A DNA stretch of 51,372 nt from Nemertoderma westbladi (GCA_032718475.1 JAUCBJ010005046.1:1-51372); one strand, 5' to 3'. Counted from the first letter of the stretch, positions 1 to 13,006 are shown. Notes: generated from the letters alone by a model not told the origin. Made by a program: numbers and translations.

Positions 1-394
1 AACGAACAACAATGAGCAACAACGAGCAACAATGAGCAACAACGAGCAACAATGAGCAATAATAAAGTACAACAATGAGCAACAATGACCAACAACGAGC
101 AACAATGAACAACAATGACCAACAATGAGCAACAATGACCAACAATGAGCAACAATGAGCAACAACGAGCAACAATGAGCAATAATAAAGTACAACAACG
201 ATCAACAATGAGCAACAATGACCAACAATGAGCAACAACGGCATCAATGAGCAACAACGAGCAACAATGAGCAACAACGAGAAACAACGAGCAACAATGA
301 TCAACAACGAGCAACAATGAGCAATAATAAAATACAACAATGAGCAATAATAAAGTACAACAATGAGCAACAACGACCAACAATGAGCAACAAT
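1..394 (+). repeat. Tandem array of a 10-bp unit (GAGCAACAAT/C) with interspersed GAGCAATAATAAAGTACAACAA variants; left arm of a foldback-like element, truncated by the window edge
   Basis: Repeat is directly visible; it is the reverse complement of the array at ~1647-2447. Confidence 0.9.
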
Positions 395-1646
395 TTAGAA
401 ATAGTAAGTTACAATAATGTACTTGATATTAATTATATTAATTATTTGTAATTACAATATTAATTAATTATATATTAATATATATATATTAATAGCATTC
501 GTAAACTATGTACATCATTTTAGATAATCGGGCCTATCAAAAGTATCATTTTAGATGTTTTAGACAATGGGTGTAGTTGACTACTTGACTTCCAGGTTCT
601 TCCAAGTTGCCAATACGAGTCAAAGGAGGAACTGGACTCCATGTGGATCCAGGGGAAGTCATTTCGACGTTGGTACTGTAAGTCTGTCGTTTGAGGCGTA
701 GGTTCTAATTCTAACATTGGCACAGTCACGATTCGGGTACCTACAAATGTAATAGGTACAGAATACTACTGTCAGACTGTACTAAATTTTGTACTAAAAA
801 ATAACTGGGCAAAGTCTACTGAACAGACCTTTTGCTAAATTGACAGAAGCCGTTGACCGGACCCATTGCCATTTAAAGGCAGAAAGGAGCAGGCATCAGA
901 TTATTAAAGGACCGGGTTACAGAGGCGTGTTCAGGTGTTGGCGTTGGTGGGAACCAAAACAATAAACGAAAGTTAAGACATGTTACAAGATTATGGTTCC
1001 GGTCACAAAAAGCTCAGGTAATAAGGGTCCGGTCAATAATACACAAGTAAAATATAAATCAAATATAAAGCTTCAACATATAAATAAAAATTTAATAGAC
1101 CTAAAGTAAATAACAAATCAAATACAAAATAGACTTGGCCTACCCCATCCCACAAGCTATACAGTAGTCTGTAATATAGAACGCTAGGCAGACTTCAGGA
1201 CTGCCAGGCAATCAGGTCACTGTCCAACTGTATAAAATACAAAATAATAATACGAAAACCAGTTCACACTTCACAGTTCCGTACATCAGACAGTCAGAAC
1301 CAAATAATAGGTTGAGGTAAGTTTCAACGACACTACCCGAACAGATCAAGACAGATAGACTGAAATCAGGTAAACTGATAAATATTTGTAGGCCTACCGG
1401 TCCCAGTATTGTGCACCATCTTGATGACATTGCGGGTAGGGAAGCATTTTTTATTATGTTCATAGTTGGGAATTTATTTATCATATCCTATGTATATATT
1501 CGGGATTACTGGGATACATTATACTGCATGAGTATAATGAATGTATCTGTGTAATCTGGTTAGTGGTGTACTCTAGTTACTTTATTATAGTTACTGTTAT
1601 TGTAGTTACTGCTACTTATTGTAGTTATTTTTTATCACTTTATTAT

Positions 1647-2463
1647 TTTTGCTCATTGTTGCTTATCATTTTTTCTCGTTGTTGTACTTTATTATTGCTC
1701 GTTGTTGCTCATTGTTGCTCGTTGTTGCTCGTTGTTGCTCATTGTTGCTCGTTGTTGCTCATTGTTGCTCATTGTTGCTCGTTGTTGTACTTTATTATTG
1801 CTCATAGTTGCTCGTTGTTTCTCATTGTTGCTCGTCGTTGCTCATTGTTGCTCATTGTTGGTCATTGTTGCTCGTTGTTGGTCATTGTTGCTCATTGTTG
1901 TACTTTATTATTGCTCATTGTTGCTCGTTGTTGGTCATTGTTGCTCATTGTTGTACTTTATTATTGCTCATTGTTGCTCGTTGTTGCTCATTGTTGCTCG
2001 TTGTTGCTCATTGTTGCTCGTTGTTGTACTTTATTTTTGCTCATATTTGCTCGTTGTTGCTCATTGTGGCCCGTCGTTGCTCGTTGTTGCTCATTGTTGC
2101 TCATTGTTGGTCATTGTTGCTCGTTGTTGGTCATTGTTGCTCATTGTTGTACTTTATTATTGCTCATTGTTGCTCGTTGTTGCTCATTGTTGCTCGTTGT
2201 TGCTCATTGTTGTACTTTATTATTGCTCATTGTTGCTCGTTGTTGCTCATTGTTGATCATTGTTCCTCATTGTTGGTCATTGTTGCTCATTGTTACTCGT
2301 TGTTGTACTTTATTATTGCTCATTGTTGTTCATGGTTGCTCGTTGTTGCTCATTGTTGCTCATTGTTGCTCGTTGTTGCTCATTGTTGCTCGTTGTTGCT
2401 CGTTGTTGCTCGTTGTTGCTCGTTGTTGGTCATTGTTGCTCGTTGTGCATTTTAGCATCCACC
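1647..2463 (-). repeat. Tandem 10-bp array (A/GTTGTTGCTC) ending in CATTTTAGCATCCACC; right arm of a foldback-like element
   Basis: Reverse complement of 1-394, including the same TGTACTTTATTATTGCTC variant units. Confidence 0.88.
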
Positions 2464-2599
2464 GCATTGTACCGGTATTGCTGAATTTCAAACCCACCTG
2501 ATATATCCTGCAGTCTCCTAGCAACCAGCTGATGCCAAGCCTAATAATTTTTGGGTAAATAAATTTATTATAACTGCAAGACAGTTACACAGATGCTGC

Positions 2600-2826
2600 A
2601 CGAAGCCCCCACGCAAATTCAACTTTGAAAATTTCTAAACTTTTGCCAGACTACACATGTATGTATCAAGTTTGGATATATTTTATCGAGATTTGGCTGA
2701 GTTATTAACGTTTAAAATTGGACACAACAGATCAACAGAGCAACAGAACAACAGAGCAACAGACACACCGATTGAGTTAGTGGTACCTGTATGCTAAGCT
2801 CGCTTACTTTAGTCGCTCGCCCCACA
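2600..2826 (-). mobile_element. Short HINE/DINE-1-like non-autonomous element
   Basis: On the - strand it begins GTGGGGCGAGC, has a CTGTTG microsatellite and the body CAAACTTGATACATACATGTGTAGTCTGGCAAAAGTTTAGAAATT, which is similar to 20741-20771. Confidence 0.6.
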
Positions 2827-3329
2827 TTACGCGCTTGTAAATTTATTAGCAACACAACTTATAAATGAGCACTCTAGTATGCACTCTGCGTAGTGTCTGA
2901 CGCGGGGCTAGCGATGCTTAATTATCTATCCATCATTTAATTCTCCCATTTGTAACACCGGCGGAATACCAGTAACAGATGCCTGATTTTTTAAGGTTTA
3001 GAGAGAGGCCTGATAGATTAGATTGGATATCTTATTCAGGCTCGTATAATTATTTAAGCGAGATATCTTGAAATGCAGTATAATCTAAGCATAAATTTTT
3101 TAATTACCCTACAACTGCTTCCGTAAATTGAACGTTGAAAACAAAAAAATGAGAAATTGTTAGAAATATTGAAATGCCAATTTTTTGACATTGTTCAATT
3201 TTTGTAATAATTTCTAGTAAGATATAAAACAAAATATATATTGTGCTCAGTGAATTATTTAAATGCGATATATAGAGTTCACAACCAGACAATGAATTTC
3301 ATTATGGACAATTTCAGTGGACAGACTTA

Positions 3330-3430
3330 CACACCTTCGTGGGGCCATCGCGCAGGACGAGGCTCAGTTATTAGATACTGATTAAAATTGAGCAATTCCA
3401 AATATCGGTACTTAAGAAATTTAAATAAAT
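3330..3430 (-). mobile_element. 3' end of a HINE-like element
   Basis: Reverse complement (GAATTGCTCAATTTTAAT...CCTCGTCCTGCGCGATGGCCCCACGAAGGTGT) closely matches 21880-21980 and resembles the terminus at 51335-51363. Confidence 0.6.
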
Positions 3431-4168
3431 AATTAAGAAAATGTAACCAAACTTTTACTTTAAAAAAAACTTTCGCATTGGCAGCTTGGCATCGATGTCA
3501 TAGAAGTCCACAGTCAAACTACTCAAAAAATTCAATGCATTCTTCAGTCCTCTGGTCTCGCTCATCGGTTAGTCCAGTTTGCCCGTAGCGCTAGTGCAGT
3601 AGCGATACCAAAAGTCGAGGTCGCCAATGACACTGCGACAGACAGAGGTGGTGGCCTTGATGGCGAGTTGTTTGAGTACCGGTACAATTCCAAAACGTTG
3701 CTGGGTATTGCAGTATTGGGCTGTTGGGGTACCTAGTGCAGTAGTGGATACCAGAACATGGAATAAAGGTCAGCTGGTACAACCTCACAATATGTCAGTC
3801 AGTCTTAAGTCCGTATAATTTCAAAACTTCCGCGGCTGCATGGTTGCCGTTGCCGAGCCGATTGGTGGGTGGTGCCAATGACCTGAAGACGGTGCCTGTA
3901 ACTTTACTATGTACCACTGTAACAGTACCGGTACCGTACTGTAAAACATATGTTTAATAAGATTAAGGTATCGTACTGTTATATGATATGGCTGAATAGT
4001 CGTGATATCGCAATTCAGACATCACTCAGGCAATTGCAGGACTCCCTACCCTACCGCACGTACCAATACTCAAATAATGCAGTAGCAGTACCATACTGAC
4101 AGACTGACAACCATCCTAGAAAGCTAGGCCTACCCTACGACCTATCCCACAACCTACGGATTAGGTCA

Positions 4169-6162
4169 TTGCTGCTTACACAGCGTATCAGACTGACAAA
4201 GGACCTATACACTATGTGGCAGCAGCGCGGTAAAACACAAGATGATCCTATTCATAATGAGTTCAAGGAATCGAAACGTAACACACGGCGTCTGAAAAAC
4301 TGGTTGTCCAAGAATGTTGTTGCCAATAAAGCAAACAGCTGGGCGTATTCCCGTAACAACCAACGCACATTTTGGAAACGGTTCAAACCCAGCAGCAAGA
4401 ACACAATCCCACTGTCCATGCAAACCAAGCTCCGACAACATTACACAAAGAAGTTCACCACTCCCTGCAACTATGAACAGAATATGGAACAATTGTCATC
4501 GCGCTTATACAACCAGTCCAGTGGGTCTGTATCACCGCCAATCTCACCCCTTACAGTGAGATGAGCGATTGCATCACTCGCTACAAGCAAATCACCTGAT
4601 TACGCATCTATACAAGTAGAACATATTCTGCATGTCAACCCTGACGCCATCTGCCCTCTCATTACCATTATCATCAACTCGTGCTTTCGATTACACAAGG
4701 TCCCCACTGACTTCGGTAAGACGATTGTCGCAAGTGTGTACAAGGGAAAACGGCGTAGCCACGCCGATCCAAACTCGTATCGGCCTGTGTCCATAATTTG
4801 TCTTTTAGCAAAAGTGTTCGAACAAATTGTAATTTCTGAACTCATCGACACAGACTGTAAACAACATCCCAATCAGGTCGCCTACCAGCAGAAAATCGGG
4901 ACGGACCTGGTGATTGGAACAGTCCTAGAATGTCTGCAACACTACAAGAGTAGCGGCTCACCTGTGTATGTGCTACAACTCGATCTAGCATCAGCATTCG
5001 ACAATGTCAATCACTCACTTCTTTTTAATAAACTTGAAAAAATCCTGAACCCTCACATACTGATGACGCTCATGCACTATTACTCCATCAGCGAAGTCTA
5101 TCTGAAGTTCGGCACCTTTATTGACTCAGATAGCGAATGTATCAGAGTACTCAGGGGGGTTAAACAGGGGTCACTACTATCTGGTTGGTTCTTCAACTTT
5201 TACACATCCTCCATTGTCGGATCGCTTCAAACTGCTAATTTAGGCTGTAAGATAAATGATGTTTGGTTGGGAGCTCTAGCATACGCCGACGACTTCCTAA
5301 TTTTAAGCACTTCGTTTAAGGACATACAACGAATGGCGGCTATCGTGACCGACCAGTGTGCACAACTTAACCTAGAGATTGAACACAGTAAATCTAAATG
5401 GATGTGTTGGGGAAGAACACACTTAACTAAGACTGAGACCTACCCCCTTGTCAATGCTGGGAACACGATAACCGAATCAAACACTCTAACCTTCCTTGGG
5501 TTCAAAATATCTAACCGAAAAACTGTGTACACAGACTGCGTGAAATCCATCGCATCCATGTCCCACTTTTTTCATAACAACGGCTGGACCACTAGATGGT
5601 TGAACGTGGAGACAACCTTTAAACTATGGAAGTCTGTAGCGTTACCTTCTATAATATATAGCACGCGATTCAATATCGGTGCATTATCCTCATCTGAAAT
5701 TGATAGCCTTGACTCCTACTACCGCAAATCACTAAGAGGGCTCATTCACACAGGCTCCTACGTTTCTAACTGCGTCCTCTATACACTTACAGTACTGGAT
5801 GCAAACCAATCTCAGTCATGGCTTTTAAGGAATGCACTGCAATGGCTCTCCGATACGCCACATGTCCCAGTGTTACTCTGCAAGGATCCTTCCGTGCCTT
5901 GTCGAACCTGAATCATAAGAAACAATTTTGTGGGGTTTCCAGTGGATACAATAAGGCTAAACACGAATTTCAACTCCCAAGACTATACTCCCTGCTCACA
6001 TACAAATATTCCACACCCAACATCTTAACGAGGATTGACATAGGACCACCCCCACGAGCTGATATACTCACGGCGCAATTTCTCCGTGACTGCTACGCAT
6101 TGAAAAACACCTCATTTGCTGCTAAAAAACGAAGGATCCTACAGTTCTTTGGAATTAACTGA
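4169..6162 (+). pseudogene. Decayed, 5'-truncated non-LTR retrotransposon (LINE) ORF2 reverse transcriptase
   Basis: ORFs 4169-4564 and 4736-5911 share a frame, separated by a TGA at 4562-4564. Readthrough gives AIASLATSKSPD..VPTDFG..YRPVSII..LDLASAFDNV..GVKQGSLLS..YADD..FLG, the canonical LINE RT motifs. The C-terminus probably continues after a frameshift into 5818-6162. No endonuclease domain seen. Confidence 0.9.
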
Positions 6163-6348
6163 TACCGATCCAACGTACCTCTAGAATACTCGTCCCGTAT
6201 GACACTCATTAATAGCTGTAAAAGTTCGTAGGAATGTTGACTTATGGCCCACTTATTAACGGGTTGCATGTTGCACCACCCGACGGAATCTCGATCGTAT
6301 ACAATTAACCCTGAGTAATAGGATAATATATATATTGACCGACGTCCA

Positions 6349-6455
6349 TTTTGGTGTTATATGTGAAATGTATACTTATTTTTATGATGTCTAAATTTTA
6401 TAGGCTGGACGGTTTGGTGTTATATGTGAAATGTATACTTATTTTTATAATGTCT
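6349..6455 (+). repeat. Direct duplication (~37 bp, TTTGGTGTTATATGTGAAATGTATACTTATTTTTAT) at the presumed LINE 3' end
   Basis: Two near-identical copies at ~6350 and ~6413. Confidence 0.75.
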
Positions 6456-6699
6456 TAATTTTATTTATTATAAACCGGCTTGACCGGTGTGCCTATTGAT
6501 GATGACCACATACAGCAACAGCAGTGAGCAGTACCGGTACTGAGTACAGACATCCCATGGTACCGTTGTCGTACTCTGGAAATGCTGGAATGGAACTTTT
6601 TGTCAATACATTTTACTAATGTATTGACCTGACTTAGTACTAGTTCCTCTACTGGAAATTGGTTCAACAGAATTAATTTAGTCACGTGTCTTCACCACG

Positions 6700-7186
6700 T
6701 GGAACCAAAATTATTTTAAATTACAAAATGTTATTTTTAAATAGTGGAAAATACAAGTATTTTGGCTGTTTTTTGTGTTTCTTTTGTAATTTCTAACCAA
6801 CATGTCTAGTCTGAGAGTGATTCCATCTTTGAGCGAATAGTATAAGTACATATCCTGAAAGTTTCATGCAATTTGGTGCAGTGGTTCCAGAGAAACATCA
6901 CCTTGAGTAAAAAATAAAAACGCTTAAATTTTAAGATAATGGTCTTCTAAGATTTCAATTGTAAAATTAAACAAAAGGGATAATTTAAACTATATTAAAA
7001 ACATAATGAGGAATACCACTTAAAAGCGATTTACTGGTCGGTGATTGTATTTCTCGTGTCAATATTCAATTATAATTGCTTTGTGTTCGTCTGTCAGACA
7101 AAATATAACAGACAGACTGACAGACAGACGGATACACAATCTAGAATCTCAGGGGTTTTGGATTAGCTTACCTCGTGGCTCGCCCC
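6700..7186 (-). mobile_element. 5' portion of a HINE/DINE-1-like element
   Basis: On the - strand it starts GGGGCGAGCCACGAGG, followed by a (GTCT)n microsatellite (7108-7130) and an AAATTGCATGAAACTTTCAGG body. Confidence 0.6.
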
Positions 7187-7805
7187 TATCTTTCTTGCCC
7201 CAGCAGACAACATTAGCAGAGCAATGTAGAACTATTATAGACTAGAAAATGTAGAAACTTCAAATGGATTCCGGCAGGTAGGCCTAGACTGTAACAGCTA
7301 TCTGCCAGTCATTTATATTATTTGTGGAAGTTTATAGGAATTTGTTATCTAGATTAACCCCATCAAATAAAGATGTTAAATGAATCATTTTAACACGTGG
7401 GAAGAAGCTGGGTGGGGATGGGGAGGGGGAGCTGGGTGGGAGGGGGAGCTGGGCCGCCAGACATAAACAGTAAATCAATATAAATAAAAAAATAATTGCA
7501 AATGGGAAACTAATGAGAATTATAATGTGGGTTATTGTGGCAGGTTTGCCAACGACACTGTATTATTGGTATGAATACAAAATCCCAAAGTTCAGGATAC
7601 AAAATATATAGTCAATTCGATGTAATAAGAAATCTTTCCAAATTTTGCCACGGATTTAATTTTCGTTTATAAGTTTTTGTTCTTAATAAATTTTTATGCC
7701 TATTGGCCCCTACTCTAGTTATTTTTGTATTACGATTAGTACTGTTTTATTAATTCATGACAATAAAAGCTTTAACCAAAATTAAACCTAAATAAATATA
7801 AACAT

Positions 7806-10001
7806 TGTAAGGGTCCAGTAGTATACCGCTTACCAGATCCTAGTAACGATGTATCTTACTATGAGACTCTAGTAATGTATACGGGCTTGTACAGTATCTG
7901 AAAACAAATCCCAGTCCAGGATATCTAAACAAACAGATATAGTACACAAACGACTACTGGCGAGGAACAGAGCCTTGTATCTATTCTATGTACGTGAGCG
8001 GGTCTAATGCCTACGTACTAGACAGAAGGATACCTGTCCTCTAACCGGTGAGGCAGATGTACAGTTACAGTAACAGACCAAACTCACGGGAAAACAATCC
8101 CCGCGCAGCGAATCCTAACTATCACTGACAGTCCTAAATACAGTAACTTGCCGCGGTGTGATTTATATGGTTTATATACGAGCTAGTGGGTTAACAGACC
8201 TAGCGTAACAACACTGACAGTCCTAAATCAGTCGAAAAGGGGTCGTACCTAAATGTAACAATAACTGATCCCCCTGTACGAAATCAGTCTAAAGGGTCAG
8301 GCCTAAATGTAACAATACCGTTGTCCAGACAAACAACAGTTTAATAACGAAAGTGAAATACTCCTTATTGCCGCAACTAAATCAGATCCTAATTTTACAA
8401 ATACAAATAATTTCCTCCTAACGTAATGTATAGTACGCTATAGCTAGTAGAACTTTAAGGGCGGTATGTTTTAGGGCGTGTGTGTGTGGGTGTGTTACAA
8501 ATAAAACAATTTCGGGTAATTCCTTTTACTAGGTTTTAGTGATTTTCTGACTAAAATGATACCGTGCGCTAGCTACTAAAATAAACTAGTCGCGTTTGTA
8601 GAACTTTATACTCACGAATGACGTCAAAGCTCTCTCCTTCCTATCCACAACCCAATGGGCAACCACAGTGTTAGTAACTACACCCGTGATCGGCACTAAT
8701 ACCAGATTCTGGTTGTAAGATAAGAATAGGGGTTAATCGCTACCGTACGTTAGCTGATCTGGTATACTAATTTAATTCTAGAATTTTGTTGCTGCGGTAG
8801 TTAGCAGCAATACCTATCAGTACGTGGCAAGGCGCGGTAGGATATTAATAAACCTCCCTAGGCCAAGCAGTGTGCCGGTAGCAGAAATGCTCCTTGCCTG
8901 ATCAAATAGCTAACTCCAGACAAGGGGGGGGGGGGGGGGTACTAATGTACGTTCTACAAAGCGAACCGGTACCAAACAGTCAGTGCTATGAATCACTAAA
9001 TTATGGAACGTATGCTGTCCGTACCTAATGTGTACTCGCGTACTGACGAATGGCAATAGTTCGCACCTGTAGGAAGTACAGGTTAACCCAGGGATTCGTA
9101 GGACTGACAAGAAGGGGGGTGTCTGGATATAATTATTTGATCCTAAATTTGCGGCGTCCAGTGCGGTGTCACGCTTACCCTGATCTATAGGTCTTACGGC
9201 GGGCAAGGGCGTCGAACAAAGTCTTACCTTTCTCACAAAGCGGGCGCTGCATGGCAAGTTGAGCATTTCGAAGGGGCAAAGGGGGTGCGCGGTCAATCCA
9301 ATGTGGGCGCTAGCGTGTTGTGGACATCCCTTCCCTGCGTTGCTTACGGCCTAACGGTCTAGGCTGCCATCTCCCTGGTGTTCGGCTGTCCCGAAGTCGG
9401 ACCAAAAGAAAACATGTCAGGAAATTGCAGTATATTTACAGTTTTACAAAGGGATTTATCAAACGAAGTTTCAACAAGAAACCGAATAAACTAATTTTAC
9501 AAGAATAAGCGATATCAGAATGATAACAACATGAGATATGTAACACAATTCTAAGAAGGGTAGAAGTAAGAGTGTGTGATAACCGAAGGCAAACCGGCCT
9601 TTTATACTAGAAATTGCACATGGAAACTAAACAGAAATTTCCACAGCTTCACAATCGAGCAATGAAGTGCGTCGTGCCCTATGATTGGCCCAGCTCATCG
9701 TTCAACGCAGTCCGGCCCTTACACTAAATCTGGGACATGGAATCCTAACAGAATTTTCCACTGCCTCACATTTGAGCAATAAGATAATTTATGCCCTATG
9801 ATTGGCCTGGCTCATTATTCGCTACGTTGTACGCTTCTCATTGGCCTACCAATTAGCACCACACGAAAATAAATGGCCCCAAAATACAAATTTCCCGACT
9901 GGGATTCGAACTCGTAACCTACGTAATGTTAACCATCTGACCACTACGCCACGAGAGTACCTAAGGGTTTTATGTGTACAAATATGAATAGGCATATTAC
10001 A
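7806..10001 (-). mobile_element. LTR-like non-coding retroelement remnant(s)
   Basis: TGTAA...TTACA boundaries (7806, 8499, 10001), short internal direct repeats (8123-8317; ~117-bp pair at 9617/9734 containing CCAAT boxes) and a - strand TATAAAAG at ~9599-9606. No TSD, PBS or coding region confirmed. Confidence 0.35.
9893..9955 (-). other. tRNA-derived pol III promoter-like sequence (not an intact tRNA)
   Basis: Reverse complement reads TGGCGTAGTGG (A box) ... GAGTTCGAATCCC (B box); no proper anticodon arm. Confidence 0.6.
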
Positions 10002-11099
10002 TTACTGTAATTTAATCAAAATACGTCGGATTTTCAAAAGTTTTTACGCTAAAGTTAAACTACAAATGCTACCTTATAGTGAAATAATTCATAAACATTT
10101 TTTATTTGGATCTAATATTGAAATACACGGTGGGCAGACTCTTGACGCAATCAAAATTCAACCCTCCCGGAGGGAGGGGAAAATCGTCAAAAATACAAGC
10201 AGATTTACATAATAATTGATACAATTGAAATAATAATTAATACAAGCTTGATTTTCAAGCAAAATATTAAATCGTAACCTGTGCTAATGAATTAAATTTA
10301 TTGTTTTGGTTAGAATAACATGTCTCACAGGGACCATCCCATAGGGTAGTGCGACACCCCCCCCCCCCCCCCCCCCCCGCCCCTCACCCCCCAATATTTT
10401 GAGCCAAGTTGGTAACGTTGGTATACTGTAGTTTGAGCCTGTGAGCTCTGTTTGAGCCTGTTTGAGTCTGCGAAGACGGGAAATTTTTTAACAGCGAAGA
10501 AATCAATTAATATTCCCAAAATGAAAGGATTAAAATAAACCAAATAATATGTCACAGCACCGCGCTGTATCGATATGATAATCGACTCGATTGAGGACTG
10601 TGGTATAATAAGACAGACTGGCTGACAGGTATATCATTAAGTTAAATATTAACTTACAGTAACTTAACTTAAATTAACTCCAATATACAGTAGAGCTTTC
10701 TTTTCTTCACATGTGACGAAATTAGTATTAGTCAAATGTGATCCTTCGGTAAAAATCAGTAAAATTCAACATTCTACTCGGTACAATTTCCAACCCCCCC
10801 CCCCCCCCCCCCCCCCCCACAATGATTATGTCTGTCTATGGATCTAAATACTTAACAGTATGATGTTCTACAGGAATGTTTTAAAGAAAGTAATTTCTCT
10901 TAATTTGTGGCTGTCTTCTTATTTTCAACCATCAGTGCGATGTGTTGTAGTCCTACGGTAACAACACAAGATGCACTGCATAATGTATGTGCGACGATCC
11001 TAATATACATATAATGCTTGAGTGATTTAGCAGCAGCTTACACCTGGTCCTAGAGAAAGTAAATGTTAACAAAGACATAAAAAACTACGGCAGCCCAAT

Positions 11100-11248
11100 T
11101 AATATACCGGTAGCTAAACAACCAGATAATGCGATTCCCAGTAGAGTAGCTGTTTCTGATGCATCTCTGATTTCTTGCCTACGTCTATTCTTCTATTTCT
11201 AAGCCTACTTACAGTAGTTCTCTAGTTCCCATGCAGCGAGCAGTGACG
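11100..11248 (+). other. Putative non-coding 5' UTR exon of the Neto-like gene (start approximate)
   Basis: Strong donor ACG|GTGAGT at 11248/11249 pairs with a strong acceptor TTTTTATTTTCCGCAG ending at 11726, upstream of ATG 11898. Confidence 0.45.
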
Positions 11249-11332
11249 GTGAGTCAATCTGTGATGAGCTTACATAATTATTATTTCCAGGAACAATGCT
11301 GACATACAGTATCATCTATCATCATAACATAT

Positions 11333-11560
11333 ACAGAGACGGGGGGGGGGGGGGGGGAACTGGACGCAAAACCCGCCTTGGCGAATTAATTTCCCGTCTC
11401 AATGTTAAATTCTCAATTTTGGGAAAAGAGCAGGTTACAGTGGGACTTTATTTTAACCAAAACAATAAACTAAACACAATAGAACAGGTTACCGGTTTAT
11501 TTTTGAGAGTAATCAGCTGTTATTTGCGTCGAATTTCCCCTGGAGAGGAATGAATTTTTA
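11333..11560 (+). mobile_element. Copy of the poly-G-TIR MITE family (right end missing)
   Basis: Highly similar to the reverse complement of 19831-20086 and to 13660-13850. Confidence 0.8.
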
Positions 11561-11897
11561 AAGCAGCGAGCTTATTATTGTACAATAAATGTACATGTCA
11601 TCTTTAATGTACATTAATTAAAATTATTCTATAACGCATTGCAGTATATCATTGGCGGTTTATATGTGGAAACTATTTTATTATTTTTTTTTCCCTATTT
11701 TTTAAATCAATTTTTATTTTCCGCAGGACCGATTCTACCAATTCTGTGATATATCTTGATGTGATTAGAACAAATCTTGCAATTGTTTACCTTCCAAGGT
11801 ATAACTTTAGGTTTTGACTTACCGGTACTCCATATTATAATTCAAGAAACCTAATATTTTTATAACAGATATATAATATACTGTGGCTAATTCTATA

Positions 11898-12256
11898 ATG
11901 ATAGGCCCACACTCGAAGATTTATAATTCAGGAATTGATAAAGTCCTAGTAATTCGTACTTTGTTGCTTATTGTCATCATGGTAACAAGGGTTTCCATGG
12001 CTTCAATGACTACATACGAGTCACGAGGGTTTGCCGAAGCCCGTGGTTACGGACCATCCAACTGCTCGGCATTGATTCACACGACCGACGGTGGTCTCCT
12101 AGCAACCCCAAACTTTCCCGCCGGGGATTACACCCCAGACTTGGACTGCGAGTACATAATAATAGCTGAAACCGGGTACCGGGTGCTGTTGGAGTTCCGT
12201 GTCGCCTTCCAGGTTGAGGATTCGGTACATTGCGCATACGACTACCTAGAGATCAG
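11898..12256 (+). CDS. neto: Neto-like (neuropilin and tolloid-like) protein, coding exon 1: hydrophobic leader and N-terminal part of CUB1
   Basis: TPNFPAGDYTPDLDCEYII...FQVEDSVHCAYDYLEIR is a CUB signature; donor AG|GTTGGT, phase 2. Start ATG is inferred. Confidence 0.85.
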
Positions 12257-12441
12257 GTTGGTGACATTACGGATATGTTTATAGTGGTCAGTAATTCATC
12301 TTAGTTATCATTCGTAGGTCCATCTTATTCATCACGGCCACAATGATTATTTTATACCCTCTAACAGTAACAGACATGAGGGGGTAAATTGCGGACACAC
12401 AAGGTATCAGTTAGTATTTCCAGGTATATCTTTTACCTGAA

Positions 12442-12510
12442 CCGCTGCTAGCTGAATGGTTAGAGCGTCAGACTTCCAACCCAGAGGTCACCAGTTCGAT
12501 CCCAATTGTC
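12442..12510 (+). mobile_element. tRNA-derived SINE-like head
   Basis: TAGCTGAATGG (A box) and GTTCGATCCC (B box) with imperfect cloverleaf stems. Confidence 0.55.
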
Positions 12511-12865
12511 AAATTAAAATTATCGGTCTTCTGGTGATATCCTCGTAACGAAGCAAAGTAGGCCTACCATTTAGCTGCATTGCACCCTATAGGACGGTAA
12601 CGCTGCAAAGTAATCATTAACTTAGTAACAGTAATCTTCTAGAGTCTCTTCAATCTTTTAGAATCTTCTCTGTATTCTCCATTGCTCCAGCGTGGATGAT
12701 GAAAACCTTTTGTGTGCTAAGTGTACGATTGTTTATCGTACAGTATGTTGAAGTGACTACAGTTTAGTTGAATGAATCTCTCAATACTCACATTGCAAAT
12801 TTAAAACTGATAAATTATCATTAAGCGTTGATAAGTCGGCATAACGTAACTAAATTACCCACCGG

Positions 12866-13006
12866 TACACCATTGTGTGAAAATGGCACTATTCAGCGTT
12901 TATTACCCTTGCATATTTATGTTAACCTCCCTCGCTGCGCTCGCTCGGTACATAAATAAACTCAGGTCATAACGCTGAAAAGTGCTTCTTTTCACACGAT
13001 GATGTA
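12866..13006. mobile_element. ~140-bp imperfect palindrome (hairpin MITE-like)
   Basis: TACACCATTGTGTGAAAA..GCACT.TTCAGCGTT is mirrored by AACGCTGAAAAGTGC..TTTTCACACGATGATGTA around a CTCGCTGCGCTCG centre. Confidence 0.7.

Noticed and set aside
520-1484. Short ORFs inside the foldback core as a transposase
   Set aside because: No DDE or other recognisable motif, and too short
1563-2501. Overlapping Cys/Leu-rich ORFs (312, 184, 215 and 74 aa)
   Set aside because: Translation artefacts of the 10-bp tandem repeat, which is largely stop-free in all three + frames
4562-4564. Programmed stop readthrough in the LINE ORF
   Set aside because: The element is also 5'-truncated and frameshifted; a nonsense mutation (e.g. 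CGA to TGA) is simpler
7806-8499. Confident solo LTR call
   Set aside because: TG...CA ends are present but the flanks (AACAT versus AATAA) give no TSD; kept only as low-confidence LTR-like sequence
12442-12510. Functional tRNA gene (apparent TCC anticodon)
   Set aside because: Acceptor and anticodon stems do not pair properly; better explained as a SINE head or pseudogene
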